Below are positions 1-12,150 of a stretch of 64,000 nucleotides of DNA, in pieces. The notes under the pieces were generated by a model that saw nothing but the letters and a program-made list of their open reading frames with translations, was not told where the DNA came from and ran no database searches. Source of the stretch: Octopus sinensis (Eukaryota); the NCBI RefSeq assembly GCF_006345805.1, contig NC_042999.1:8928001-8992000 (forward strand), given 5' to 3'. Position numbers and translations under genes: made by a program. Position 1 is the stretch's first letter; every line of letters starts with the position of its first letter.

Positions 1-1143
1 GTGGTACTCCTGTTTGGGCGGGTTTGGGTGAGTATCCAGCTTCTTTTGTGGCTGCAGTGGCTGCTGCGTATATTAGGTTATTTAGCTCAGTGATATCACT
101 TTTTTTTGATTCAGTGGCTATCAGTTCAGTGACGGCTAGGTTTATGCTGTTTATAATAGGTGTTGTTATTTCGTTTTTTTTTATTCTTGGGAGGTATGGT
201 CGGTGGTCCATTTTGAGCTCTGTGGTTTTCAGTTCTTTGATTATTTTATTTTTTATATTATCATAATCATTAGGCTCCCCTTCGTTGTTTACATCGTGTT
301 TGTTGGGAATGTTGCGTTTGTCTTCGTGTTTTACAGTTTCAGTGTTTATATTATTGGGCATTGTTGTGTGGCTTCTATCTACATTTTCCTGGTGTATGTT
401 TTCTTTTAGGTGTTCTATTTCTATTTCTGATATTTTTTGTGTTGAGAATGTATCTTCGTACGTTAGCTAATTTATTAGGGTTCATTGCTGTATCCAAGTC
501 TAAATCTCTATTATTTTCCTTCCATATTTTATATGTATGTGTTGTTGTATTTTCATTTTTTGGGTAGAGTACTGCTGTGAAGTATGCGTGTAAGATTGAA
601 ATGTATTCCTCACGTGTCCATTTACGTCTTTTGGGTTTTATTTGCGGGACATGAGGTACAACGTCCGCCCATTATTTTGACGGTCGTCATTTTCGTAGGG
701 TACCGGTCCGTTTATTTCTGTTGTCACATTATTTCGCACGTGTAGTTTTTCGTACATTTTTTGTTGTAGGTTTAATGTACGTACCGCTCGATTGTTATTC
801 TTGGGTTGAATAGTATCGGTGGCATTTAATTTCTTCGTAGTTCCTTTGTACATGGTGTTTGAGGTCGGGGATGATCGTGTTGTTCCACGCATGTTTACAT
901 GTGTTGCGTTAGAGGTGGAAATGATATCGAGTCAAAATACATCATTTCGTTTCGAAAATAGTAATAAATTTCAATTTGTATTACTTACTCGGATACAGTC
1001 CAATTCTTTGTTAGTAAAACTTTGGCTCCATAGGATGTCCTTGTTTTCGATGTTTGTGGATAGGTTTCGGAGCTCTGAATTTTCCTTCTTACATCTTAAA
1101 AGTCCCCCGGTGTTCTCTCTTAAAAGTCCCCCGGTGTTCTCTC

Positions 1144-1144
<1 letters not shown>
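1..1144 (-). mobile_element. R4/Dong-clade non-LTR retrotransposon copy A: 5' UTR and ORF N-terminus; continues beyond the left window edge
   Basis: Minus-strand translation gives MRGTTRSS... (638-892), then after a frameshift PKRRKWTREEYISILHAYF...NKLANVRRYILNTK, then after a frameshift in an A-run KISEIEIEHLKE...HRPYLPRIKK...DITELNNLIYAAATAA, open to base 1. These are motifs of the R4/Dong N-terminal region. The 5' end abuts (TAA)n. Confidence 0.8.

Positions 1145-1191
<47 letters not shown>
1145..1191. repeat. (TTA)n microsatellite, R4/Dong target
   Basis: Pure TTA run. Confidence 0.95.
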
Positions 1192-1194
<3 letters not shown>

Positions 1195-1195
<1 letters not shown>

Positions 1196-1385
1196 AGGCG
1201 GGGAGCTGGCAAACGTGGTATTTCGTCTGTCGCTACATTCTGAGTTCAAATTCGGCCGAGGTCGACTTTGCCTTTCATCCACTTGGGCTCGATAAAATAA
1301 GTACCAGTTGAACACTGGGGTCAATGTACTCAACTAGACCCCTCCCCTCCAAACTGCTGCTCTTGTAGCAAAATTTGAAACCATT
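1195..1385 (+). mobile_element. tRNA-derived SINE family A, short form
   Basis: AAGGCGG.GAGCTGGCA head, B-box GAGTTCAAATTC, core GCCTTTCATCC...CGATAAAATAAGTACCAG; lies inside the TTA tract. Confidence 0.85.
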
Positions 1386-1392
1386 ATTACTA

Positions 1393-1453
<61 letters not shown>

Positions 1454-1469
1454 TACTATTATTATTATT
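1386..1469. repeat. (TTA)n microsatellite
   Basis: TTA run with a few TAC variants. Confidence 0.95.
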
Positions 1470-4122
1470 CTATGTTTGATTTTTGCTTTATGTCTGTACA
1501 AGTTGGCTCCAAGTCTCACCCAGAGACCTCAAAAGACAACAGGTTGGAAGTTCACGTTGTTGTTATGCCTAGTGTGCCATATATTTGGGGGAAGGGGTTG
1601 TGTTGTACTAGTGAATGTCTAATACATAAATTAAGAAAAAAAAGTTTGTTTTAAACCTTGGAATTACATAGAGAGTATTTTGCGTAGGATATGAGCAGTT
1701 CCCATGAGCACTACCTTTTGAATTTCTGCCATTTTGGGGTTTCCTGGTATCTGAGTTAGGTAGCAATCAGCCCCTTTCGCTATCATTCCCAGGGCACCTA
1801 TGACAACAGGTATTGTTTTAGTCTTCAGCTTCCACATTTTGCTGATTTCTATTTCAAGATCTTTATATTTGCTCAGTTTTTGGTAGGTCTTGACAGATAC
1901 GTTTATATCGATTGGGACAGTCATATCAATGAGGAGGCATGTTCTTTGTCTGAAGTCTTTCAATATGATGTCTGGCCTATTTGCATCTATCTTTCTGTCA
2001 GTTTGTATGAAGTTCCAGAGGAGTGAAATGTGGTCATTTTCAAGCACTGGAGGTGGATTGTGTTCCCACCAGTTTTTTTCATGGGGCAAATCCAGGTCTT
2101 TGCAAATTACCCAGTGAATATATTGTGCAGCTCTATCATGCCTGTTGAGGTACTCTGTAGGCGCTAGAAGACTGCATTTGGAGACAACATGATCAATGGT
2201 TTCATTTTGTTGTCGGCATACACGACATGTTGGGCTACTGCCGTTCTTTAATATGTTGGCCTGGTAGTTTCTTGTTGGTAGGCATTGATCTTGAGCTGCT
2301 ATGATAAACCCTTCTGTTTCAGATTTTAAGCCAGAGGTCATTAGCCATTGATAGGTCAGGGCTTTGTCAATATCTGCATTATTCGCTCTCTTTGGGTATT
2401 TGCCATAGAGAGGTTTTTCTTGCCATTTATTATTCGAAATATCTAATGCCGCAGTTTTGGCACGGGTTTTCATGCGCCTAGCTTTTTCTGTGCTTGTTTC
2501 TTGTATGTCTATCTCTAATTCCGAAATTGGTTGTATTCGGAATTCACTTAGATATTCCTTTGCCTGTTTTGTTACTGAGTATGATGCTTTCTTGTTTTCA
2601 TGTTTTGAGACAAGTTTTAACATCCAGTCCTCAAATTTTTCAGGTAGGTGTCTAGGCCAATTGTAGCGATCTTCATTGTTATTGCCAGTTGTAAAAGACC
2701 ACGGCCTCCCTATTTTCTTGGCAGATAAAGTCGTTCTGTATCTGCCTTAGGGTGGTGCATTCTATGCATTGTCAACAGTTTTCGTATTTTTCTGTCGAGC
2801 TGACATATTTCAGTAATTGACCAGTTAACAATATTGAAACTGTAAGTCACGACTGGTATGGCTAATGCATTGATCGCTTCGATCCTGTTTCTTGCATTCA
2901 GCTCTGTCTTGAGTATTGCTCTCACTCTTCGATAGCATTCTCTCCTGATCCTTTCCTTCATTTCTGAGTGCCTTATTCCGTTCCCTTCAATTACCCCTAG
3001 GTACTTGTAGCTCTCCGCTGGGTCTAGTTCTTTTATGATATTCTGCTGGTCAAGGTTAACGTTAGATGTTTCTGTAATTTTTCCTTTGATAAAGGTAGCT
3101 TTTGCACATTTATCGAGGCCGAATTGCATTCTGATGTCGTCACTGAATTGTTTGACTATCGCTAGTAAGCCCTTGAGTTGTTGGTCATTTTTAGCAAAAA
3201 GCTTTAAATCATCCATGTAAATGAGATGGTTTATATTTTTATCAAACATTTTATACCCGTACTGCGCGTCATTGAGCAGCTTTGAGAGAGGTATTAAGGC
3301 TAAACAAAAGAGGAGTGGTGACAGTGAGTCACCCTGGAAAATGTCACACGAAATTTTTACATCACCAGCATTTAGGGATTCATTGTCACTGTTTAGAGTT
3401 AGTGTGGTTCTCCATGATCACATACTTACAGTCAAAAAGTTTCGCAGAGTAGGTGCTATCTTATACATTTCCAGGCATTTCCTAATCCAGCTATGTGGTA
3501 GGCTATCAAAAGCCTTTTTATAGTCTATCTAGGTTGTTGATAAGTTTTTGTGTCGTTTGTGACAATCTTCTAAGATCATCTTATTGATGAGTAGTTGATC
3601 TTTACAGCCGTAGGATCCACGTTTACATCCTTTCTGTTCATTAGGGAATATGCTACTGTCTGTTAAAAAACTATATGTATATTCCGTCAGGACAGATTTT
3701 AGCGTTTTGTACATAGTTGTTAAGCAGGTTATGGGTCTATAGTTTTTTGGTTCATTTGTTTCTTCACTTTTTGGAAGAAGGAATGTTAACCCATTAACTA
3801 GCCAAGGAGGCATCCTACTAGGGTGTTGCAAAACATCATTGTACAGTTCTGTTAGCAGTTCATGGCTCTTTGAGAAGGCATTCAGCCAGAAGTTAGGAAT
3901 TTTATCCTTTCCTGGAAACTTCCATTTGCTTGACCTCCTGAGTGTAGATCTTATATCTTCTACCTTGACACCCTCCCACTTTTGCTCTTCTAAGGGGTCC
4001 AGTTCTGTAGATATTCTGTCAATCCAGTGGGCCTTTTCGTTGTGTGTTTTTTTCTTCTGCCCAAATTTTATTCCAAAATCCCTGCACTTCTTTTGATGGT
4101 ACAGACCTTGCAGTAAACGCTG

Positions 4123-4127
<5 letters not shown>
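1470..4127 (-). mobile_element. R4/Dong-clade non-LTR retrotransposon copy B, 5'-truncated, with complete 3' UTR
   Basis: RT motifs (PGKDKIPNFWL, NYRPITCL, EQKGC, FQGDSLSP, YMDDLKLF), CCHC knuckle CRVC...H...C, RHD, and RLE RPDI...IDMTVP...KLSKY; flanked on both sides by (TAA)n. Confidence 0.95.
1664..4127 (-). pseudogene. Disrupted RT + CCHC + restriction-like endonuclease ORF of copy B
   Basis: ORFs 3529-4221, 2710-3249 and 1664-2623. At least 3 in-frame stops (STT*IDY, SM*SW, PRK*GG) and 1 frameshift near 2650. Confidence 0.9.

Positions 4128-4199
<72 letters not shown>
4128..4199. repeat. (TTA)n microsatellite
   Basis: Pure TTA run between copies B and C. Confidence 0.95.
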
Positions 4200-4933
4200 C
4201 ATCATTTCCATATACACTCAACAGTTGGAAAAAATCCTAACATCAGGCTACAACAAGTAACCTTAGATGACAAGAAACTTCCTAAGTATCCTAGCTGTCC
4301 CTAATAACAGTTTTCTGGAGTTGTACTAAACTGGGTTTTTTGCTTATTTCCTCCATCCATCTGTTCAGATCTTTAGGGATAGTTCCCAATGCACCTATAA
4401 CTACTGGGATACTTGTTACCGACACTTACCAGTCTCTATAATTCAATAACTAGGTCCTGGTACTTTGCTGGTAGTTTTTCTATGCTTCCCAAATTTACGC
4501 TTTCATCATTTGGGACTGTAAAGTCAATTATCTGACACTTTTTATTTTCCTTATTTACTACTATCAAATCAGGCCTTCTAACTTCTATTACTCTGTCAGT
4601 CTGAATGTTAAAGTTCTACAACATCTTGTATTTCTTACTTCCTAGAACTTTACTGTGTTCATGCTCTTACCATTTATCAGTATGTTCAAATCCTAGCTTT
4701 CTATAAAGCTCCTAGCGGATTTCTCTCCCTAGATTGTCATGTCTTTTCTTGTATTCTTTCTGTGCCGGCATGCTGCATTCACTTACTGTATGAGTAACGC
4801 TTTCCTCTTTAGATTTGCATAATCTACATTGGGAATCTTCTTGTTTTTTTATCTATCTTGGCTTTTTATCCAATTAGTCCTTAATGTTTGGTCTTGTGTA
4901 GCTAATAGCAAACTTTCTTCTACCTCTTCAGCT
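4200..4933 (-). mobile_element. R4/Dong copy C, older 3' fragment of a different family (CCHC + RLE + 3' UTR)
   Basis: Degenerate ESLLLATQDQTLRTNW, SQCRLCKSKEESVTHTVSEC, KRHDN, IQTDRVIEVRRPDL, IIDFTVP, KYQDL; many stops; TAA flanks. Confidence 0.85.
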
Positions 4934-4935
4934 TA

Positions 4936-4966
<31 letters not shown>

Positions 4967-4997
4967 CATTATTATTATTATTATCATCATTATTATT
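4934..4997. repeat. (TTA/TCA)n microsatellite
   Basis: TTA run with TCA variants. Confidence 0.9.
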
Positions 4998-5162
4998 GTG
5001 GTTTGGCTCAGGTTCGGTCTTACAACTTGTAAGCTTAAGTATCCACAAGTTTTCAGCAGTCTTTCAAGTAATAAGTACCCTCCTGATAATCCTTGCTGTT
5101 CCTAATAGACAAACTTTCTGTTGGAGCTCTATCGGACATTTTATTTCAGTCTCCTTCAGTCC
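4998..5162 (-). mobile_element. R4/Dong copy D, 165-bp 3'-terminal fragment
   Basis: Minus strand reads ELQQKVCLLGTARIIRRVL (R4 C-terminus, compare MGTAHILRKIL in copy B), then a short 3' UTR; TAA on both sides. Confidence 0.75.
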
Positions 5163-5171
5163 ATTATTATT

Positions 5172-5378
5172 AAGATGGCGGCAAACTGGCGGAATCGTTA
5201 GCACACCCGGCAAAATACTTAGCAGCATTTCGTCCATCCATTTTTCTGAGTTTAAATTCTACAAATCTTTCATCCTTTCGGGATCGATAAAATAAGTACC
5301 AACTGTGTACTGGGGTCGATGTTATCGACTTATCACCTTCCCCGAAATTGCCGGCGTTGGACCAAAATCTGAAATCAT
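5172..5378 (+). mobile_element. SINE family A
   Basis: Head, B-box-like motif and CTTTCATCCTTTCGGGATCGATAAAATAAGTACC core. Confidence 0.8.
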
Positions 5379-5394
5379 TGTTATTATTATTATT

Positions 5395-5590
5395 AAGGCA
5401 ATGAGCTGGTTGAATAATTAGTGGCACTTCTTCGGGCTCTTCATGTTTTGATTTCAAACCCCACTGGGGTCGTGTTTGCCTTTCATCATTTTGGGGCCGG
5501 GAAAATATGTACCATTCGGGCACTGGAATCGATATAATCTACTTGCCCCTTCATTCAAATTCGCAGGTCTGGTGCTAAATTTCGAAACCG
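5395..5590 (+). mobile_element. SINE family A, degenerate
   Basis: AAGGCAATGAGCTGG head, TTTGCCTTTCATC core, GAAACC tail. Confidence 0.65.
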
Positions 5591-6798
5591 TTATTATTTG
5601 TTTTTGTTGTTGTCGTCATTGTTTTATTGTTGTTGTTGTTGTTGTTGTTGTTATTGACACTTTAGAGTTATCAAAGAACATAATTTTGACAGCTGGAATC
5701 GTAGCAATTTCAGCAACATGTAAGAAACTAAAAAAACGTATGACATAAAAATCGATATTACAGATCATAAACTATTGATTATGTGAATCTGTAGCGGGGC
5801 GTAATGAATACCCAAAACATTTGTGATAATTTTATTTGACCATATTTTTTGCTAGTAAGATAGGAAATGGTAACTGTCTGAAGAAGATAAGAAGCGGGAT
5901 TTTACGTTTTTTTAGGCGGTTCCTTTCCTATCTTGCACATTCGGCTTTTACCAACTGAGAGATAACTAAAGGTGTCGGTTCATATGTCCTCAACATTTTT
6001 ACCTAAATTCTAGTTTGAAAATCAGGAAGAACATTGATAACTCTATCATTAATGTACGCCTTTGGCTCCACAAACATTAGTCTCTCCTTACCATCCTTTC
6101 TCGTTTGTATTTATGTCTTTCACCTCTATGTCCTTGAATTCTTCATCATCTTTACTTTTATTTGGTTTCCTTTACCTTCTTGCATATTTCTCAACGTTTG
6201 CCCTCTTAACACTTTCTCTCGTTTTTCTCTATCAATTCTCTTAGTTACTACTTACTATTTTCACTTCAAACATTGCTAAACATCGTTACATTGCTAAATG
6301 TTTCCATACAATTTTTATGTTTGTTTTCTCCTTTTCGTTTACCGTTTTATTTCTTATCAATTTCCTTCTCGATTCCTGCAGTTTGATTTCTTCTTACTGT
6401 CTCATTCAGCTTATATTTCCACCCTTATCAAAAAGGTTTAACAAACATTCCTGAAATATTTCTTGTTGATTTAAGTTACTAAATAGAAAAGGAAGGTAAA
6501 AATAAACCACGCTTACGTGTTTGTTGTCTTTAGTAGTGAAGCTACAGAAGAAGCGATGCAGCCCCAAGAATTCATGTTTGTTGTACGATAATTTAATGTT
6601 CCAGTAGCGCAGGTTCTGATTTGGTTTATTTAATCATCCTTCAGTCAAAAAATATTTGTAATGTTTTGGATTAACTGAGAAAAACTATATCAACGTACGT
6701 TGTGCCTATTATCCACATCCTTTCTACTGCGGTTAAACCAATTAGGGCGAAATTGAATATCATATATATATATATATATAAATATAAACACACACACT

Positions 6799-6864
<66 letters not shown>

Positions 6865-6865
6865 A

Positions 6866-7102
6866 ATAACATAAGGGGGATCAGCCATCTGAATGTGGCT
6901 AGGGTCAGGGCGGGGTGGTGGGGGTGTTACTGATGCATTTAGCCCCAGGCGAACATCAACGTCACCAGAAGAGCTGACACCGAGATGGTGTCAGCTCTTC
7001 TGGTGACGTTGATGTTCGCCTGGGGCTAAATGCATCAGTAACACCCCCACCACCCCGCCCTGACCCTAGCCACATTCAGATGGCTGATCCCCCTTATGTT
7101 AT
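6866..7102. repeat. Perfect inverted repeat: 116-bp arms, 5-nt loop GAGAT
   Basis: 6866-6981 is the exact reverse complement of 6987-7102. Confidence 0.97.
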
Positions 7103-7142
7103 AGAGCAGTTACTGTTTATATCTCGCTCAGAGAATTATTAT

Positions 7143-7145
<3 letters not shown>

Positions 7146-7190
<45 letters not shown>

Positions 7191-7229
7191 GTATATATAT
7201 ATATATATATATATATCTATATATATATA

Positions 7230-7305
<76 letters not shown>

Positions 7306-7325
7306 CGTATATATATATATATGTA
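7146..7325. repeat. (TA)n microsatellite
   Basis: Long TA run. Confidence 0.95.
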
Positions 7326-7326
7326 T

Positions 7327-7618
7327 ATGGCCCAGTGGTTAGGACAGCGGACTCGCGGTCGTAGGATCGCGGTTTCGATTCCCAGACCGGGCGTTGTGTG
7401 TGTTTATTGAGCGAAAACACCTAAAAGCTCCACGAGGCTCCTGCAGGGGGTGGTGATCCCTGCTGTACTCCTTCACTACCCTTTCTCTCACTCACTTTCT
7501 TCTGTTGGCCTGCCCGCTTAGCCAGCGGGGTGGCGTCATTCGAAGGCTAAAACAATGCGAACGCATTGTGACCAGCGATGTGTAGCAGCATCTGATGATC
7601 TGGTCGGTCACATGATGA
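7327..7618 (+). mobile_element. tRNA-derived SINE family C, tail type 1
   Basis: GGCCCAGTGGTTAGG.CAGCGGACTCGCGGTCGTAGGATCGCGGTTTCGATTCCC head; same family at 63729-64000. Confidence 0.85.
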
Positions 7619-7623
7619 TATAT

Positions 7624-7686
<63 letters not shown>

Positions 7687-7753
7687 ATGTATATATATAT
7701 ATAATAGCTGTCAGTAATTGATTCATGTTTTATGTTATAGCATAATATATTAT

Positions 7754-7925
7754 TGCGAAATCGTTAGTGCGCCGGACAAAAAGCTCGGCAGCATTTCTTC
7801 CGGCTTCACATTCTGAATTCAAATGCTACCTAGGTCATCATTGTCTTCGATTCTTTCGGGGTCGATAAAATAAGTACCAGCGAAATACCAGGGTCGATGA
7901 AATTACTAAGCCCCTTCTCAAAGTT
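7754..7925 (+). mobile_element. SINE family A, degenerate
   Basis: CTTTCGGGGTCGATAAAATAAGTACCAG core with a degraded head. Confidence 0.7.
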
Positions 7926-9437
7926 TGGGGAGAGGATTAGGGACTGTAGAAAGGACCATAGCAAACCATTCGCTATTTATTTCACATTATTTTAAACATC
8001 ATAAAGCATAAAATATGCTCACACTAAATAGAGATTTAACTCCCGATTTTAATTATTTAACGTACTCTCCCGATGCTGTTTCATAAACCAGGAACGACAA
8101 AACTCCAGTTGTTTAACTCCTGTTTCTAAATCACTACAGCTGATCATACGTTATTAAATATTTTTGTCACAAATAGCCAGATATTTCGTTATATACTTCA
8201 AGTACGTACGCGTGGACGTCATGAAAAGGGCGTAATAAGCTAACGGTGAGTTTTGTTCAGCTTGACGTTTCGAAGTTTGTGTGTAAGGGAAGTGTATATC
8301 AAATACTATTGCTGAAAACTTCGAAATAAACCTGAAGTATAAATGCCCAGATCAAAATATGAAATACGCCGTGTGCGTCATATATCATAAATGCTAAATT
8401 GTGAGTTTTAATTAACAGCTTTTATCATTAAACCGGGTCGGTTGCATTTTCATCTTTCTTCAGAATCTGAGGAACCAAACTGCATTAACTGAAATGGAGT
8501 TGTTTTATATAAAATAAACATTTCCGTTAGCGAAGGGCAGACGTTTATCGGGAAGCGAACACTCGACACGAATATTTTATGGACCCCGTTTGAATGAAAG
8601 TCATCGTTGGTCTCAACCGGATGTGAATTCAGAACAGAAAAAGCAAGAACAAATATTCTAATAAACTTTTGACATCCTAAAGATTCTACCAATCTACTAT
8701 CTCCTCTGCGTAAAATAATTCTTGTGAAACATTATTAAAATCCTGGGTAAATTAATACATTTGGTTCTGGTCCAGAATTGATTCGTTCGAATTTAGTTTT
8801 CGAGCTATACCTTGTTAAATTAAAATATCACTTCTTTCCTCAATTTTTATTTATGAACAAAAATATAAACATCGCAACAAATTAAAGCAGCGGGAAATAG
8901 TTGGTAGAAACATCAAACTTATGAAGTTACAAAATATAAATATAAACTGGAATTGCTGAGTTGTAGTTATGATCGCCTTCATTACAACGATAAATATACA
9001 CCTGTAAATTCGAAGATTAAATTATGAGTCTCATACAGTTTTATCTTGGATTTGTGCAATATAAAATCGAAGAAAATCAATTCGTTATTCAAGTTAGAAG
9101 TCGAATTATATATAATTACCGCTTTCGTTATTAATAGTCTGTATAAAATACTAATTATAAAAATACTATTCTCTTGCATTGCTTTGAGAAAAATTTGGAC
9201 AGAGATCAAAGAAGTTAATTTTGCTTTACCTCAGCCATTTGTAACTTTACCAATAATATTAATAAAAACCATGCACAACAGAGAAAATGTGTTCACATTT
9301 TGTTGTATAGTCAGAGAGTAATTATGTCGATACTAAACACACTCACTGGTTGTGTTTCACTTCTTTATTTGTAAATTGTCAATCAGTTAGTTATTTAGCC
9401 AGTTAAAAAAGAAGTCTATTTTTAATTAAGTTTTCAC

Positions 9438-9600
9438 TCAGTCAGTCAGTCACCTAGGTATGTCAAAGTGCCTTTCGTCGCCATTCGTGACCTCCTCCTT
9501 GACAAAACTTTCTCTTCTCCAGGTCTGCTTCAGCTCTGTCTGACTTGTTATTTGCATAATGACGCTCCCCACATACAGCAGAGAATCTTTCAACTTACGG
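9438..9600 (-). mobile_element. Possible RTE LINE 3' relic with (GACT)n tail
   Basis: Minus strand LKQTWRR resembles RTE C-terminal RPKxTWRR; short GACT repeat tail. Confidence 0.3.
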
Positions 9601-9649
9601 CTTCACATCAAGAATTTTTGCAAACCCAATAAAACATGAAAGATATATA

Positions 9650-9849
9650 TAGGTGCAGGACTGGCTATGTGGCTATGTGGGGCAAGACTGGATGTCTCAT
9701 ATAGGCGTAGGACTGCCTTGCTTACCATCCACATGATTCGGAGTTCAGTCCCACTGCGTGGCACCTTGAGGAAGTGCCTTCTACTATAGCCTCGGGCCGA
9801 CCAAAGCCTTGTGAGTGGATTTGGTAGACGAAAACTGAAAAAGTCTGTC

Positions 9850-9897
<48 letters not shown>

Positions 9898-10097
9898 CTG
9901 TGGCTTGTCCCCCCCACCATCGCTTGACAGCCGATGCAGGTGTGTTTACTTCTCCGTAACTTTAGAGGTTCGGCAAAAGAGTCCGATAGAATAAATATTA
10001 GGCTTACAAAATATAAGCCCTGGCGTCGATTTGTTCGACCAAAGGTTGTGCTCCAGCATCGCCGCAGTCAACTGACTGAAACAAGTAAAAGAATGAA
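9650..10097 (+). mobile_element. CORE-type tRNA SINE family B (internal TA/TG microsatellite)
   Basis: GGCACCTTG.G.AAGTG.CTTCTACTATAGCCTCGGGCCGACC core; tail GTGCTCCAGCAT.GCCGCAGTC...GACTGAAACAAGTAAAAGA. Confidence 0.85.
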
Positions 10098-10467
10098 AGA
10101 AAGAAAACAAAGAATTCTATGTCGGAGTGTAGCTGTCAACTTGACACTGCAGGTTGTTTTGATTGACTTCGATACAAATTAGGTTAATCTAAATTTTCGT
10201 CATCTCATCCATGTCAACTTTGTTCATCTCTTGAATATTCAAGTCAATGATTTAATGAGAAAACTCTCATAAATAAAACCAAATTCCTCTTGTATGTAAA
10301 TCTGAATTGCCTCTGTTACTGCGGTCATTTTCTTTTTTTATCTCTCATTATCAGCAGATTCAGCTTCCAAAACTCCTTATCTGCATTTGTTGTTGTATTT
10401 GATGAACAAATATATAAAAGAATCCATAGAAAATAAATAGTTTAAAACTACAACTAATATACATGTG

Positions 10468-10518
10468 TATATACATACATACATACATACATACATACAT
10501 ACATACATACATACATGT

Positions 10519-10567
<49 letters not shown>
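10468..10567. repeat. (TACA)n(TA)n microsatellite
   Basis: Simple repeat. Confidence 0.9.
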
Positions 10568-10570
<3 letters not shown>

Positions 10571-11705
10571 GATAATAACACTTGTGCATTTTAATAGGAA
10601 ACATGATGTTAATTATTTTGTTAAAAGAATGCATGCCATCATTTAACAGAAATAAATTCATTCAATAATTGCCATACAATATAGATGTATCGTTTGTAAT
10701 TACTTCCCTCCTTTTATCCAACCACATCAGATAACGATTGAACCTTTGTATCGATATTTATCGTCTCCTGCTACAATTTAGCTTGAAGCATTTCTAAACT
10801 CATATCTACATGTAACAGTACTTCAGTTTGAAGTGGTCATTTTCCTATTTAATCATAGTATTTCCTTTATTATTGTCTTTCGATTCTCACCTACCGTTCA
10901 ACTTCCGCTAAGTGCTCACAATGAGATTACGCCATCTTCTGTTACACGGGACATACCCTTTGAAAAAGTCACAATGTCATTTGTTGTGGCTTTGTTCTGG
11001 AAGTACCTCTCATGTTTGTTTAGTTTATATTTTTGGAAGTTGACTCGATAATATTACATAATTTATATAAAACAAAATTTAAATTAGTATCTGTTCCATT
11101 AGATACAGGGGTTTCCATGCATACCAAATCCTCCACCTTTATCCTTCCCTAGGACTTGATAAGGGTGTCTCGTCCTAACACTCTCTGTCTTGCTACCTTT
11201 CCACTAACGCTTTGTATATCGCAAATGTAAAAAGTTAAAATTGTGCTCCGTACAATCTATAAACGTTCTTTACATATAATATTTTAACAACTAGCATGTT
11301 TGTATGTTAGTCTTAACAACTAACCCCAGGTTTGAAACTGTTTGAAGAGATTAAACGCCATATCACTTCTGAGTAAATAGTCGTAGTATAAAAACTATTA
11401 TCAAAAATAAAATCGAATAACTTCTGAAAGTAACATTCCCTGTTTACGCTTCCATTCTCTATCACATTAAATATATAGCTTGTAATTTATGATTCAGATA
11501 TTATTGTGAGGGAAGTGTTGTGTAGTATTAATTAAACATGTATACTTTATACAATGTTCAACATTCAATTTGAGTTCAGGTGAAAGTAACATATTTGGAA
11601 AAATTTTAATGAAACATTTGTGCCATGCAGTTAATACAGATTTAAAATACATAGTGCATGCAAAATATAAGTATATAAATATATCTGTCTATATCTATAT
11701 ACAGT

Positions 11706-11930
11706 GGAAGCACGTGGCCTAGTGGTCAGAGCAGCAGACTCGCGGTCGAGGGTTGCGGCTTCGAATCTCAGACCGGGCGATGTGTGCCGTTCCGGCAGAA
11801 GGCAATGGCGAACTTCTGCTGACTCTTTCGCCACAACTTTCTCTCACTCATTCCTACTGCATCTATTAGCTTACCTGCAACGGACCGGCGTCCCGTCCAG
11901 GTGGGGAACTTACACGCCAATGAAACTAGG
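11706..11930 (+). mobile_element. tRNA-derived SINE family D (V-domain-like tail)
   Basis: GGAAGCACGTGGCCTAGTGG head, GGCTTCGAATCTC B-box-like motif, GGACCGGCGTCCCGTCCAGGTGGGG; second copy at 30341-30666. Confidence 0.75.
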
Positions 11931-11959
11931 AAATATATATATAGATATCTATTGTGAAG

Positions 11960-12150
11960 TCGTGTGACCTTGCGGTCAAGGTGTTGCACTCACGATACTA
12001 AGACCGTGTGGTTTTCGATTCCTGGACCGAGCAGTACGTTGTGTTCTAGAAGAAAATGCTGGAGTACAGTTGCTCCAGTTCATAAAAGCTGGGAAGTTAA
12101 CCTTGCAATAGACTGGCGTCATGTTCTAGGGGCTAGGTGTTGTAATGTCA
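11960..12150 (+). mobile_element. Degenerate tRNA-derived SINE
   Basis: GGTTTTCGATTCC B-box, GTTGCTCCAGT, CCTTGCAATAGACTGGCGTC. Confidence 0.45.

Noticed and set aside
7327-7385. tRNA gene calls for SINE heads (families B-E)
   Set aside because: The heads run into SINE bodies and lack complete acceptor stems; they are retroposon promoters, not tRNA genes.
8450-8692. 80-aa ORF MVESLGCQ... and other short unique-region ORFs (12591, 13037, 13576, 15914, 63004)
   Set aside because: No homology recognised and no splice or codon evidence; within random expectation.
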